A DNA stretch of 64,000 bases from Methanomicrobiales archaeon (GCA_015660865.1 JACTUA010000005.1:104790-168789); one strand, 5' to 3'; positions 1 through 10,867 are shown, numbered from the stretch's first letter. Numbers and translations are program-made. Notes: a model not told the origin generated them from the sequence alone.

Positions 1-638
1 TCGCGGATCCTCATGGTGGCCCTCGCAATGGCGGCGCCATAGGCATCGAATTCATCGCCGAGGGTCACGGGGAGGGCGTCCATCAGGTGGGTCCGGCCTG
101 TCTTCGGGAGGGACCGGAAATCATTCCCTTTCCTCTCCAGGGCGAAAACGAGCTCGCGGAGGCGCACGAGCAGGCTGTCAGCCTCCCCGATGACGGCCAG
201 GTGGGAGGCTGTCGGGAAGGTATCGTTGGAGGACTGGGAGAGGTTCACGTGGTCGTTCGGGCCCAGGAACTCGTACTCCCCCCTCCGTCTTCCCAGGATC
301 TCGAGGGCACGGTTGGCGATGACCTCGTTCATGTTCATGTTGAACGAGGTGCCCGCACCGGCCTGGAAGATGTCTACAGGGAACTGGTCGGCGAGTTTTC
401 CGGAGGCGACCTCGGCTGCCGCGGCAACTATCGCTTCTCCCCTGGGCCTGTCCAGGACCCCAAGCTCCATGTTGGCAAGGGCGGCTGCCTCCTTGACGAG
501 GGCGTAGGCCCTGACGAGCTCGGGGGGCTCGCGCCTTCCGGTGACGGGAAAGTTCTCCACCGCCCTCAGGGTCTGGATCCCGTAATAGACCTCGTCCGGC
601 ACGTCCCGCATCCCGAGCGAATCTCTCTCCTGCCTCAT
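1..638 (-). CDS. Class II fumarase / aspartate ammonia-lyase family protein (5' part; runs off the window edge)
   Basis: Manual translation from ATG at 638, which overlaps the sdhB stop as ATGA: MRQERDSLG..YYGIQTLRAVENF..QAGAGTSFNMNMNEVIANRA..NDHVNLSQSSNDTFPTA..KTGRTHLMDALPVTLG. These are FumC/AspA signature motifs. Confidence 0.9.
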   Translation of the reverse strand, partial: MRQERDSLGMRDVPDEVYYGIQTLRAVENFPVTGRREPPELVRAYALVKEAAALANMELGVLDRPRGEAIVAAAAEVASGKLADQFPVDIFQAGAGTSFNMNMNEVIANRALEILGRRRGEYEFLGPNDHVNLSQSSNDTFPTASHLAVIGEADSLLVRLRELVFALERKGNDFRSLPKTGRTHLMDALPVTLGDEFDAYGAAIARATMRIR

Positions 639-1417
639 CTGCCTCCCCCCATCTCCCCCGCGGACCGGCCCGTGGCCTTGAGCTCCTTACGGGCACGGCC
701 GATAGCGATATTGGGCGGTACCCCCTTCGGGCAGACGCGCCGGCAGTTGGTGTGGAACTCGCATCCCCACCACCCGTCCGGCGTGTCTGCCCGGCGGAGG
801 CGGGAGGTGCCTCCTGCCTCGCGGGGGTCGATGCAGAACCGGTAGAGGGCTGCAAGGGCTGCCGGCCCGAGGTAATGGGGATTCCGGGCATTCACGGGGC
901 AGGCCCCGAAACAGGCTCCGCAGAGGATGCAGTTCGTGTAGGGGACCAGTTCCTTCACCGCCGCAGGGCTCATGAGCCGCTCCCTCTCCGGCCCGGGGCC
1001 GGCAGGAGAGAAGACCGGTTCTATCAGACGGTAGTACTCGAAGAACAGGGACATATCCACGATGAGATCCCTGATCACCGGGAGGTGCGGAAGCGGTTCG
1101 ATGAGCACTTCCTTCCCGGCATCCCAGGGCACAGTTACCTCGAGGGCCGGGTAGGGCGAAAGCTGGACAGGGGCCTTTCCTTCCAGGAGGGCCTGGAGCT
1201 GCGTCCTGCAGGCGAGCCTCGGCACCTTGTTGATGAGCATGGCACAGGTGCCGCAGACGGCGCCCCGGCATGAGTACCGGAATGCCAGCGTGTCGTCTTT
1301 CTCCTGCGCCTTGAAGAGGCCGGCAAGTACAGTCATCCCTGGCACAGGATCGATCTCGAAGCTATCGTATCTCGAGCCCGGCATCCCGGGCCTTGACCTG
1401 AACACCTTCAGCTCCAT
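635..1417 (-). CDS. sdhB: Succinate dehydrogenase/fumarate reductase iron-sulfur subunit
   Basis: SCRGAVCGTC..C (2Fe-2S), CILCGACFGACP (4Fe-4S) and CEFHTNCRRVCP (3Fe-4S) motifs; adjacent to the flavoprotein gene. Confidence 0.9.
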   Translation of the reverse strand: MELKVFRSRPGMPGSRYDSFEIDPVPGMTVLAGLFKAQEKDDTLAFRYSCRGAVCGTCAMLINKVPRLACRTQLQALLEGKAPVQLSPYPALEVTVPWDAGKEVLIEPLPHLPVIRDLIVDMSLFFEYYRLIEPVFSPAGPGPERERLMSPAAVKELVPYTNCILCGACFGACPVNARNPHYLGPAALAALYRFCIDPREAGGTSRLRRADTPDGWWGCEFHTNCRRVCPKGVPPNIAIGRARKELKATGRSAGEMGGGR

Positions 1418-3138
1418 CAGTAACCACGCTCCTCCACCTTGAACATTCCGAGGGTGACTGGCTTGTACGCAATTGCAACCTCCCCCTCCTCTATCGTTGC
1501 CATGGTATGCGCAAGGAACCTTCTATCATCCCGGTGGGGATGATCTCTCCTGGTATGGGACCCCCTGCTCTCCTCGCGGGCGAGGGCCCCGAGCGCCACC
1601 ACCTCCGCTAGCTGGAGCATGCCCTCGAGCTCAAGATACCGGACGAGGGCCTGGTTCACGGCTGAATCCCTGTTCGTCATAGAGACCTGCAGGGAACGTT
1701 CCCTCAGGCGCCTGATCTTTCGGAGCCCCTCCTGCATCATCTGGCCCTCCCGGAAGATCCCGAAATGCAGGAACATGGTCTCCTCCAGCTCCCTGATGAG
1801 AGCGAAGGGGGACTCTCCGCCGGATCTGCCAAGGATCTCCCGGATCTCCGTTTCCGTCTCTTTCATCGCCGATTCGACCGTATCCATGGCGGACTCATGG
1901 ATCTTCGGAAGATCCCCGACAATGGAATCTGCCACGAGACGCCCGAATACGACGGTCTCGAGGAGAGAATTCCCCCCGAGGCGGTTTGCACCATGAACGC
2001 TGATACAGGCGCACTCCCCTGCGGCGTAAAGGTCCGAAAGGCCGCTCATGCCCCCTATATTCACATCGATCCCGCCCATGGAGTAATGCTGGCCCGGCTG
2101 CACGGGGATCGGCTCCTCGACGGGATCCACGCCCGCGAAGTCCATCGCGATCTGCCGTATTCCGGGCAGGCGCTCCATGATGCGCCCTGGACCGAGGTGC
2201 CGAAGGTCCAGGTGGACGTAGCCCCCGTCGAACCCGTTCCCCCGTGCGATCTCCTCCTCGATGGCCCGCGCGACCACGTCCCTCGGGGCGAGTTCGAGGG
2301 CATGGGAGGCGTACCTTTCCATGAACCGCTCGCCTGTCCGGTTGACCAGGATCCCGCCCTCACCCCGTGCCGCTTCGGAGATCAGGATATTGGTGCCATA
2401 GAGGGTCGTGGGATGGAACTGGACGAACTCCATGTCCTTGAGGGGGGCACCTGCGCGGAGAGCGAGCGCCACCCCGTCGCCGGTGTTGATGAGGGCGTTC
2501 GTGGACCGGGAGAAGATCCTCCCGAACCCCCCTGTCGCAAGGAGGGTTGCCCGGGAGGCAAACCCGTGAACGGCCCCCGTCATGATCTCGAGGGCCGTAC
2601 ACCCCATGCAGCGCCCGCCTGACCTGACGAGAGATGTAACAAAGAACTCCTCGAAGACGGGTATCTTCCGGCCGAGAACCTGCTGGTACAGGGTATGGAG
2701 CACGTTGTGACCGGTCCGGTCCTCTGCATAACAGGTCCTCGGGAACCCGGCACCCCCAAAGGGCCGCTGGGCGATCTTCCCATCCTCGAGCCTCGACCAG
2801 ACCGTCCCCATATGCTCCAGCTCGAGGACCGTTGCCGGTGCTTCCCTGCACATGAGTGCGACCGCATCCTGGTCTGCGAGGTAATCCGATCCCTTCACGG
2901 TGTCATAAGCATGGCTCTCCCAGCTGTCCACGGCTCCCCCCTCGCCTCTTACGTTGCCGAGGGCCGCGTTCATCCCCCCCTGGGCGGCGACCGAATGGGA
3001 CCGGAGCGGATGGACCTTTGAGATCACCGCCACCGATAGGCCGGCCCGGGAGACCTGCAGGGCGGCCCGGAGGCCGGTCAGGCCCCCTCCGATGATGACT
3101 GCGTCCCATGCGGTGATCGTCCCGCCCATGATACTCAT
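1417..3138 (-). CDS. sdhA: Succinate dehydrogenase/fumarate reductase flavoprotein subunit
   Basis: GGGLTG FAD-binding motif, SHSVAAQGG covalent-FAD His, [30 protein letters not shown]. Confidence 0.92.
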   Translation of the reverse strand: MSIMGGTITAWDAVIIGGGLTGLRAALQVSRAGLSVAVISKVHPLRSHSVAAQGGMNAALGNVRGEGGAVDSWESHAYDTVKGSDYLADQDAVALMCREAPATVLELEHMGTVWSRLEDGKIAQRPFGGAGFPRTCYAEDRTGHNVLHTLYQQVLGRKIPVFEEFFVTSLVRSGGRCMGCTALEIMTGAVHGFASRATLLATGGFGRIFSRSTNALINTGDGVALALRAGAPLKDMEFVQFHPTTLYGTNILISEAARGEGGILVNRTGERFMERYASHALELAPRDVVARAIEEEIARGNGFDGGYVHLDLRHLGPGRIMERLPGIRQIAMDFAGVDPVEEPIPVQPGQHYSMGGIDVNIGGMSGLSDLYAAGECACISVHGANRLGGNSLLETVVFGRLVADSIVGDLPKIHESAMDTVESAMKETETEIREILGRSGGESPFALIRELEETMFLHFGIFREGQMMQEGLRKIRRLRERSLQVSMTNRDSAVNQALVRYLELEGMLQLAEVVALGALAREESRGSHTRRDHPHRDDRRFLAHTMATIEEGEVAIAYKPVTLGMFKVEERGY

Positions 3139-3270
3139 TCCCCCTTCTGGACTGGTATATCCTGCCTCCCTCTTAAAGTACCTCCGGGTGGGGGGGGATC
3201 CTGCCGGTAATGCAATACCCTTTTATCCAAATACGGCAGGAACCTTTCCAGATCACGCGGAGGAATACAG

Positions 3271-4932
3271 GTGGCAGAGGGTGAAGTATCGGTCCTCGTC
3301 GGCGGAAAAGCGGGCGAGGGGATCAGCAGTGCAGGCCAGATCATCGCCCATCTCCTCGGGCAGCTCGGGTACCGTATCCACATGTACTTCGATTACCCCT
3401 CCCTGATCAAGGGTGGGCACAACTTCGCCATCATCCGCGGTGCACGGGGGAAGATTGGATCGGTGCGGAGCCGCGTGGACCTCATCCTCGCCCTCGACCA
3501 GGAGACCCTGCGGGTCCACGAAGGGAGGCTCAACGACCACGGGGTCGTGGTCTACAATGCCGATACCGCGAGATACCCTCCGGGGATCGGGATCGCCATA
3601 AAATCCATCCTCGCCGCAGAAGAGGCCCCTCCCGTGATGGGGAATTCTGCGATCCTGGGCGCGTTCGTGAAGGCGGCAGGGATAGAATGGGCCTTTGCAG
3701 AGGGGGTGCTCACAAAATCCTTCAGGAAGGGGACCGGCCAGAACCTCCGCGTCGCCCGGAGGGCCTATGAGGCCTCGGAGGAAAGGCTCCGCATCCCCGC
3801 CACCGGGATGACGGGCCTCCCGGGGTTTACCGGGAACGAGGCCATGGGCATCGGCCTCGTCGAGGCCGGCCTCGGGGTGTACCTCTCGTACCCGATGTCG
3901 CCGACTTCAAATCTTCTCCACTTCCTGGCCGGTTATTCCGACGAGGTGCGGATCCGCGTGATCCAGCCCGAGAGCGAGATCGCGGTCATCCTCGCGGCCC
4001 TCGGGTGCGCCTATGCAGGGACCCGGGCTGCCGTCGGGACATCGGGCGGCGGGTTCTCGCTGATGGTCGAGGCCCTGGGCCTCGCCGGAATGGCGGAGCT
4101 ACCAGTCGTGATTGTCGTCGGGCAGCGGGCCGGCCCGAGCACCGGCCTTGCGACCTACACCGCGCAGGCGGACCTGGAGTTCGCGATCCATGCCGGCCAC
4201 GGGGAGTTCCCGAGGCTGGTGATTGCTCCGGGGGATGCCGAAGAGAGCCGGACCTGGATCCGGGCCGCCATGGATCTCGCGTGGAAGTACCAGATTCCGG
4301 CCCTCTTTCTCCCGGACAGGATCATCTGTGAAGGGATGTATAGCCTGGATCCGTCGGTGACGATGAAATCTAGAGCAGATCCGGTCATGGCCGGACCTGA
4401 TATCCATCCGTATCTCAGGTACGCCCCGACCGATTCCGGCATATCGCCCCTCCGGTTCCCACCGGTGAAGGGGGAGGTGATCCGGGTGAACAGCCATGCC
4501 CATGACACCGACGGGATCACCACCGAGGATCCCGGGATCACCCGGACTATGGCCGAAAAGCGGCAGAAAAAGATGCTCGGGCTCGCTGCGGAGATTGAAG
4601 GGATGCACCCGGTGAATATCGCCGGAGACACAGACGCGACAACTGGCGTTCTCTGCTGGGGATCGAACAAGGGGATCTGCGCCGAGCTCGGGGAGACCCT
4701 GAGCCTCCGGGTCATCCAGCCGGTCGCCCTCTGGCCGTTCCCTGAGAAGAGCTTTGCGGAGGCGATGGACGGGGTCGAGCGGTTCTTCGGGGTGGAGACG
4801 AACGAGACTGGCCAGCTGGTCCGGCTCGTCCGCCAGTTCGGGTACAGGGCGGACGGCATGGTGCTCAAGTACGACGGCCGGCCCTTCATGCTCGAAGATC
4901 TGGAGCAGGAGCTCAGAAGGGTGATGGCATGA
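3271..4932 (+). CDS. korA: 2-oxoacid:ferredoxin oxidoreductase subunit alpha (KorA-like, with N-terminal gamma domain)
   Basis: GGKAGEGI, YPMSPT, ESEIA, TSGGGFSLM, QRAGPSTGL motifs; GTG start. Confidence 0.88.
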   Translation: MAEGEVSVLVGGKAGEGISSAGQIIAHLLGQLGYRIHMYFDYPSLIKGGHNFAIIRGARGKIGSVRSRVDLILALDQETLRVHEGRLNDHGVVVYNADTARYPPGIGIAIKSILAAEEAPPVMGNSAILGAFVKAAGIEWAFAEGVLTKSFRKGTGQNLRVARRAYEASEERLRIPATGMTGLPGFTGNEAMGIGLVEAGLGVYLSYPMSPTSNLLHFLAGYSDEVRIRVIQPESEIAVILAALGCAYAGTRAAVGTSGGGFSLMVEALGLAGMAELPVVIVVGQRAGPSTGLATYTAQADLEFAIHAGHGEFPRLVIAPGDAEESRTWIRAAMDLAWKYQIPALFLPDRIICEGMYSLDPSVTMKSRADPVMAGPDIHPYLRYAPTDSGISPLRFPPVKGEVIRVNSHAHDTDGITTEDPGITRTMAEKRQKKMLGLAAEIEGMHPVNIAGDTDATTGVLCWGSNKGICAELGETLSLRVIQPVALWPFPEKSFAEAMDGVERFFGVETNETGQLVRLVRQFGYRADGMVLKYDGRPFMLEDLEQELRRVMA

Positions 4933-5783
4933 AGGGGATCGATCTCATCAGCCACGCGAAGAACACGTGGTGCCCGGGGTGCGGGAATTTCGCGGTCCAG
5001 CATATCTTAAAAGACCTCCTCGCACAGATGGACGGGGGAGGTCTCCCCCTCGAGAATGTCGTCCTCGTGGCCGGCATCGGCCAGCACGGGAAGCTCTTCG
5101 ACTTCATGAACCTGAACGGCTTCTACTCCCTCCATGGCCGGACGATCCCTGTCGCAACCGGGATAAAGCTCGCGAACCCTTCCCTCAGGGTGATCTGCGT
5201 AACCGGAGATGGCGACTCCTATGCAGAAGGGCTCGACCACCTCATCTTCGCGGCAAAGAGAAACCTCGACATCACCGTACTCGTGCATGACAACCGGGTG
5301 TACGGGCTGACGACCGGGCAGTTCACTCCCACATCCCCGTACGGGTACCGGGGGCATTCCACCCCCAGGGGCGAGAGGGAGATGCCCCTGAATCCCATGG
5401 ACCTGATGCTTGCGGCGGGCGCGACCTTCATCGGCAGGGGATATACCGGCCGGCGTGACGAGCTCAAACGGCTGATCCGGGAGGCCATCCTGCACCGGGG
5501 CTTCTCCTTCGTTGATATCCTCCAGATCTGTTCAACGTACAACGACCTGACCGCATATTACAACGAACGGGTCTATGCCTGGTCAGAGGAGGACGCGGGC
5601 GATCGCCAGGCCGCCGAAAGAAAGGCGGGGGAATGGAATTACTCCGACGATGCAAAGATAGGGCTCGGGGTGATGTTCCGGCATACCGCCCCCACCTTCG
5701 AGGATGCTTATCCGGTACCCGGGAAGATGAGTCCGGATGAAAGGGCCGGATGGGTAGCACGTATTCTGAGCGAGCGGTCCTGA
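4929..5783 (+). CDS. korB: 2-oxoacid:ferredoxin oxidoreductase subunit beta (TPP-binding)
   Basis: WCPGCGNF, GDGD..N TPP motif, YGLTTGQFTPT; ATGA overlap with the alpha gene. Confidence 0.88.
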   Translation: MKGIDLISHAKNTWCPGCGNFAVQHILKDLLAQMDGGGLPLENVVLVAGIGQHGKLFDFMNLNGFYSLHGRTIPVATGIKLANPSLRVICVTGDGDSYAEGLDHLIFAAKRNLDITVLVHDNRVYGLTTGQFTPTSPYGYRGHSTPRGEREMPLNPMDLMLAAGATFIGRGYTGRRDELKRLIREAILHRGFSFVDILQICSTYNDLTAYYNERVYAWSEEDAGDRQAAERKAGEWNYSDDAKIGLGVMFRHTAPTFEDAYPVPGKMSPDERAGWVARILSERS

Positions 5784-5853
5784 AAGAATCAGGTACGGAC
5801 TCCTGCGTTTTCGCCGATCAAAGATACGGGCTGCGCAGACCCTTCCCCCTCCT

Positions 5854-6180
5854 TCATTTTTTCCCGTCCCGGTAGTCACGCGCTTCCCGGGAGAGGAAAT
5901 ACCCGAGCACGACCCGGATGAGGACGACTGCCCCGAGAGTGAGGATCTCCTGCTGGCCCGGGGCGATGAGCGTGTTGATGATGTCCGCCGCGATAAAGAA
6001 CTCAAGGCCGAAGATGATCTTCCCCGTGAACTGGACCCTGATATCGTCATAGCTCTTCTGCTGCGAGAGGAGCTCGCGCCCCAGGATCTCGGCGATGGCC
6101 CGGATCCCGCCATAGATGATGAGGAGTGCCCCGGCTCCGCCGAAGAAGAAGGCGATACCGTGGACAATCTCCTGAAACAT
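5854..6180 (-). CDS. DUF1622-family small membrane protein
   Basis: GLEFFIAADIINT and IRVVLGYFLSRE motifs; about 3 hydrophobic segments. Confidence 0.8.
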   Translation of the reverse strand: MFQEIVHGIAFFFGGAGALLIIYGGIRAIAEILGRELLSQQKSYDDIRVQFTGKIIFGLEFFIAADIINTLIAPGQQEILTLGAVVLIRVVLGYFLSREARDYRDGKK

Positions 6181-6331
6181 CCTGATCTGAGAGGGGATAC
6201 CACTCGCAGATGTTGAATGTTTCTATTTTTGCAGATTGCCGCAATGTTTCAGAGTGGCCTTCTCTCTCGCGGGACGATGCCTCCGTGAATGCCTCCCAGG
6301 AGATGATCGCCTTCTTCCGGCTGACCCTCAT

Positions 6332-7273
6332 TTAGTCCTTTCCCATCGATTTCGGATTGCGATCCTCGCTCACCGGTGTGCAGGGTTCCACCGTGCACCT
6401 CTCCTTCAGCTCGCACGCCTCTCCTGTCAGCTCAACCTCGATAGTAGCATGAGAGATCCCCAGCGAGAGGGCAGCGTCCCTCACCCTGCACTTGATCGCC
6501 ATCGCCACCGCTCCTGAACTCCCTTCAGGGATTACCACATGAACGGTGAGGATATGGTGCTCGCCATCGAGGGACCAGAGGTGGAGATCATGGACGCCCG
6601 TGACCCCGGGGAGCGTGAGGAGGTGGTCCACAACTCCCTGGAGGGAGAGCGAGGGTGGGACGCCCTGGAGGAAGATGACAACCGTCCGCCTCAGGTTCCT
6701 CACCACGTTCACGAGCACGACGATGGTGATGAGGATGGAGGCCGCGGGGTCGAGGACCGGGACATCCCAGACCATGAGGACGAGGCTCACGAAGAGGATG
6801 GCAGCCCATCCCAGCAGATCCTCAACGAGGTGCCATGCGACAGTCTGCTCGTTTAAGGTATGCCCTCTCTTCAGCCTGATTGCGGCGGCGCCGTTCACGA
6901 GGATACCCACCACGGCAAAGACGAGCATGCCTGGTGCGTCCGGCCGCATCGGGGAGAGGAGCCGGGGCACCGCGTACCAGAGGATGAGGGATGCCCCGAT
7001 GAGGAGGACTACCCCGTTCGTGAAGGCCGCGACCAGGGAGAAGCGTCGGTAGCCGTACGAGAAGAGGGTTGTGGGCTTCCTGCCGGAGAGGCGTTCAAAG
7101 AACCAGGCGAGCCCGAGGGAGAAGGAGTCTCCCAGGTCATGGAGGGAATCTGCCGTGATAGCGAGGCTGTTCAGGTAGATCCCGCCCGCATACTCGGCGA
7201 TGGTGAAGAGGAGGTTCAGGAAGAAAGCGATCCTGATGTTCTTCTCGCTCGTATCATCGGGGTGAGGGGGCAT
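6332..7273 (-). CDS. Cation diffusion facilitator (CzcD/ZitB-type) transporter
   Basis: SLAITADSLHDLGD, FSYGYRR, HLVEDLLGW, VHDLHLWSL motifs. Confidence 0.9.
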   Translation of the reverse strand: MPPHPDDTSEKNIRIAFFLNLLFTIAEYAGGIYLNSLAITADSLHDLGDSFSLGLAWFFERLSGRKPTTLFSYGYRRFSLVAAFTNGVVLLIGASLILWYAVPRLLSPMRPDAPGMLVFAVVGILVNGAAAIRLKRGHTLNEQTVAWHLVEDLLGWAAILFVSLVLMVWDVPVLDPAASILITIVVLVNVVRNLRRTVVIFLQGVPPSLSLQGVVDHLLTLPGVTGVHDLHLWSLDGEHHILTVHVVIPEGSSGAVAMAIKCRVRDAALSLGISHATIEVELTGEACELKERCTVEPCTPVSEDRNPKSMGKD

Positions 7274-7327
7274 ACCGCTTCTCCAGGAGGAGCGCTCCTC
7301 AGTCGTTCATTCCCCTCCGGGATAATC

Positions 7328-7364
7328 AAACCGCCGGTGGATCTTCCGGATCCGGGCGGTTTTT
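7328..7364. terminator. Hairpin with A/T tails just downstream of the ferredoxin-domain gene
   Basis: AAACCGCC-GGTGGATC-TTCCG-GATCC-GGGCGGTTT imperfect inverted repeat. Confidence 0.4.
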
Positions 7365-7365
7365 C

Positions 7366-8229
7366 TCACCGGCTGGTTTCGGCGATCTGCCCGTCTATCG
7401 TTATAGTCACCTCTCTCACGGGGATCTGCTTCCCCGATTGCTCCAGCGCCCGATCCACCACATATTCCACCCCGCCGCAGCACGGAACTTCCATATGGGC
7501 GACGGTGATCGAATGGGTTGCGTGATGAGAGAAAATATCGGCCAGTTTGGCGATGTACCCGTCGATATCGGTGTCCAGTTTCGGGCAGAAGATGATCAAG
7601 ATCTTATCCCGCAGCAACTCCTGGTGGAACCCTGCGTAAGCGAAGGGGACGCAGTCGGCCGAGATGAGGAGATCTGCGTTCTCAAAATACGGTGCAGCGG
7701 GATTCAGGAGCTTGAGCTGGATCGGCCACTGGCGGAGTTCTGAACCCCTCTCCACGGGCGCTCTCTGATCGCCAGTAGGACGATCCCTTGCGATGCTCCT
7801 GGCTAAGGAACCCGGGCACCTCGCGAAGGGATGCTGACCGCTCCGTGCGGAAGCAGGGAAACATCCCTTGATGCTGTGCCGTGGAATATCGATATGGTTC
7901 TCATCCAGGTACTCAATCGCCAGGTTGTACAGATCCTTCTCGCCGTGTGAAATCAGGTGCTCGAGGTGTGCCCTGATCACCGGTTCCCCCTGGCGTGCGA
8001 TGTTCTCCATCACGGTCTTCTCGTTGTATGGCTCCGCTTCCCGCTCGATGACCGAGATCGCTCCTTCAGGGCATGTCCCGAGGCACGCGCCGAGGCCGTC
8101 GCAGAAGAGGTCGCTCACGAGACGTGCCTTCCCGTCGATGAGCTGGAGCGCCCCTTCGGGGCAGTCGGGGATGCACTGCCCGCACCCCGTGCACTTTTCT
8201 TCGTCGATTCTGATGATCTTCCGCTTCAT
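7366..8229 (-). CDS. 4Fe-4S dicluster protein with conserved C-terminal Cys domain
   Basis: CTGCGQCIPDCP and CDGLGACLGTCP; C-terminal ADCVPFAY, CPKLD and MEVPCCGG motifs typical of an anaerobe family of unknown function. Confidence 0.8.
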   Translation of the reverse strand: MKRKIIRIDEEKCTGCGQCIPDCPEGALQLIDGKARLVSDLFCDGLGACLGTCPEGAISVIEREAEPYNEKTVMENIARQGEPVIRAHLEHLISHGEKDLYNLAIEYLDENHIDIPRHSIKGCFPASARSGQHPFARCPGSLARSIARDRPTGDQRAPVERGSELRQWPIQLKLLNPAAPYFENADLLISADCVPFAYAGFHQELLRDKILIIFCPKLDTDIDGYIAKLADIFSHHATHSITVAHMEVPCCGGVEYVVDRALEQSGKQIPVREVTITIDGQIAETSR

Positions 8230-8446
8230 ACCACTGTCACCGCGATGGCTTCATGTTATCACGGCAACAATATTCCGGCTGTTTCACTATATAGACTGCC
8301 CGGGAGATCGTTGATACCGTTCGGCAGTCTGGTCCCGCACTCACAGGCATGTGGCATGTCGGCAGATTGGTGCAGCCAGAAACCATGCTGGTGGTCACTC
8401 TGCGGGATGATTTCAGAAGAGGGGCGCGGCCGGTGACTGATCCCAC

Positions 8447-9097
8447 ATGAAGGACGGGAATACCGTGACTGATATCACCGCAGAGTGCGCCCGGCTCGGC
8501 GCTGCACGAACGCGGGGGGAACTCGGGGCCATGATAGCACCCCTGGTCCTCTCCTGCCCGCCACGGGACCTCCACAGGATGATCGGGAACTTCTCCCTCC
8601 AGATTGCCGACGTCGAGCCCGGGTACCGTTCCCGGGTTATGGAAAAGATCTCGGAGCATCTCTTTGGCACGTACCAGAGGATCCGGCTCATGTCTCAGCA
8701 GGGCACCTTCTCCCACATGCAGGAGCCCGTCGACGCCTCTGTATCTCAGTTCTGGGAGATGGTTGCCAGGGAATGCCGCTCAGCTTCCCGTGAGCAGGAC
8801 CTCCGGCTCCGGTTCCTCAAGTACCTGCTCGCTGCCTTCCCGATGTTCGTGCTCCGGGAGCCGGCTCATGCCGTGGGAACGCCGTTCCCTGGCGGCGATA
8901 CCGTGGAATATATCCAGGGGGTATATTATTGCCCCGTCAGGGAGAAGGCAAACGACGTCGGCGGCGCCCTCTGCCCGTTCTGCCCGGCGGTCCAGACCCC
9001 GGCCATCGGGTACCTCAAGCCCCCGGTAAACCCGAGCGAGCACCGGAAACAGGAGTTTATCAGGAATTGTTACGATCACCACAACTTCAATGGGTGA
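8447..9097 (+). CDS. DUF2115 (UPF0305) methanogen protein
   Basis: HAVGTPFPGG..YYCPVREKAND..ALCPFCPAVQ motif. Confidence 0.8.
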   Translation: MKDGNTVTDITAECARLGAARTRGELGAMIAPLVLSCPPRDLHRMIGNFSLQIADVEPGYRSRVMEKISEHLFGTYQRIRLMSQQGTFSHMQEPVDASVSQFWEMVARECRSASREQDLRLRFLKYLLAAFPMFVLREPAHAVGTPFPGGDTVEYIQGVYYCPVREKANDVGGALCPFCPAVQTPAIGYLKPPVNPSEHRKQEFIRNCYDHHNFNG

Positions 9098-9159
9098 AAA
9101 CCAAATCACTAATTCACTGAAATCCGCAGAAAATGCTCTCGGGCACAGGAAGGATCCTC

Positions 9160-9330
9160 GTGAAACAGGTTTGTGATGTCTGCGGGAAGGAGGCCATCGG
9201 CATGCAGATCATGGGATGCTGCACTGCAACGGTCTGCGAAGAGCACGCGGAACCCATGTTACGCGGGTTGAAACCGGGGGAGCTGAAAGAATGGGGCATC
9301 TGTTGCTTCCTCCGGTTCGGTGAGACGTAA
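9160..9330 (+). CDS. Small Cys/His-rich putative zinc-binding protein
   Basis: CDVC..CC..CEEH pattern; GTG at 9160 chosen as start (ORF opens at 9133). Confidence 0.6.
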   Translation: MKQVCDVCGKEAIGMQIMGCCTATVCEEHAEPMLRGLKPGELKEWGICCFLRFGET

Positions 9331-9419
9331 CCTGAAGGCTGAGTTATCCCGGGGATTCTCTGTGCCGGGCCGTGGTTTCACCGATGGAATGGCGGGGGTG
9401 GAGAACAGGACAATATATC

Positions 9420-9432
9420 GAAGCCCCAGCCG
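9420..9432. repeat. att-like 13-bp direct repeat of the tRNA-Thr 3' end (distal copy)
   Basis: GAAGCCCCAGCCG at 9420-9432 is identical to 15470-15482, which spans the tRNA-Thr 3' end. Confidence 0.75.
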
Positions 9433-9664
9433 TGAGCCCCGTATTGTGGTCTGATTCCATCTTCCTCCAACCACTTGACATAAAATCGAACTTTCTTCTG
9501 GTTCCAGAGAGCATTGGTCGTTCGGGGATACATATGTTCTGGAAACAGCTTGAATTCTGCTATTTATGAGGTTCCATAGTTCAGCACTATCCCCCTATCC
9601 CGAACTCAATCTCGGCATAAAGTGACCCCTTCCCCTGTATTCATCGCCCTTTCTCTTCCGGAAA

Positions 9665-10867
9665 CTATTGGGTTCTGACATTTCCCTTCCGGGTGACGAA
9701 ACAGAAAGGGTCCTCCGCCAGAAAATCTCCAGATGCTGCATGCCCACGGATTCGGCAACCTCCCCCGCAGAGATCCCGGTAGCCGCAATCCCCGCACTTG
9801 CCGCCGAACTGCGCTTTTTTATTCCGAAACAGGGCAAGCACAGGGTTGGACGAATCTGCCCATAATATGCTGAAGGGCCGTTCCCGAATATTCCCCACGA
9901 GGAAATCCGGGGTCCGGGCAAACTGGCAGGGATACACATTCCCGCAGGGATCGATATTCGCCACCCGGTTGCCCGCGCTGCATCCCCCCCGAAGGGATCT
10001 CAGGAGATCCTGTGCATCTGCAAGGTCCGGGGATCCATCCCGCTCCATGGATTCGAGCAGGTGGATGCAGTCCTGGGGTGCGTCTACCGTGAGAAATTCA
10101 ATGGATGCTGGGTCTGTCTCCTTCGCTTTCCGGTAGAGCAATCCGAGAGCTTCGGTTACCTCGGAGCTGGTGAGCTGTAGCTGATCATAGACCTCTCTCC
10201 CGCGGCCGCTGGGTACAAGCCAGTAAACACAGAAACGGCTTGCACCGATTTTAATCGCGAGGTCGATAAGATCTCCTAATTCATCCTTGTTCTCCCGTGT
10301 CAGAGTGACCCGTACCCCACATCGGATACCCGCTTCCTGACAATGGGTAAAGGCTGCAATGGAACGTTCAAAGGCCCCCGGCGAATTCCTGAACCTGTCA
10401 TGGGTCGCAGCCATTGCCCCGTCTAGGGAGATTCCGACGTATTCGATACCGCTCTCCCTGATCCTCTGGGCTGTATCGGGAGTAATCAGGGTACCGTTGG
10501 TGCTGAGAGCGACCTTGATCCCTCGCTTTATTGCGTAATCTGCAAGGTCCATGACGTCAGGGCGCAGCAGGGGCTCTCCTCCAGAGAACAGGATGAGTGG
10601 CACCCCCATACCTGAAAGATCATCTATGAGGGAGACGGCCTCATGGGTGGAGAGCTCCCCGAGGATGTCTCGTCCCGGATCCGAACGGCTGTAACAATGC
10701 TCGCAGGCAAGATTACAGCGATCTGTGAGATTCCAGAAGACCACGGGTCTACTCATCCCGGAGAAGGCAAGGTACCTGCTCGGCATGGCATTCCCGGTAG
10801 CTCGGCGATGGTGCATGATCGCGCTGACTGTTCCCCGGCCATGGAGGCACTGGGTAATCCTGTTCAT
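9665..10867 (-). CDS. ahbC: Radical SAM/SPASM protein, Fe-coproporphyrin III synthase AhbC (NirJ1-like)
   Basis: RPVVFWNLTDRCNLACEHCY, GGEPLLR, SPASM cysteines CSAG..YPCQF..CGDC...CGGGCR; in operon with ahbAB. Confidence 0.78.
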   Translation of the reverse strand: MNRITQCLHGRGTVSAIMHHRRATGNAMPSRYLAFSGMSRPVVFWNLTDRCNLACEHCYSRSDPGRDILGELSTHEAVSLIDDLSGMGVPLILFSGGEPLLRPDVMDLADYAIKRGIKVALSTNGTLITPDTAQRIRESGIEYVGISLDGAMAATHDRFRNSPGAFERSIAAFTHCQEAGIRCGVRVTLTRENKDELGDLIDLAIKIGASRFCVYWLVPSGRGREVYDQLQLTSSEVTEALGLLYRKAKETDPASIEFLTVDAPQDCIHLLESMERDGSPDLADAQDLLRSLRGGCSAGNRVANIDPCGNVYPCQFARTPDFLVGNIRERPFSILWADSSNPVLALFRNKKAQFGGKCGDCGYRDLCGGGCRIRGHAASGDFLAEDPFCFVTRKGNVRTQ

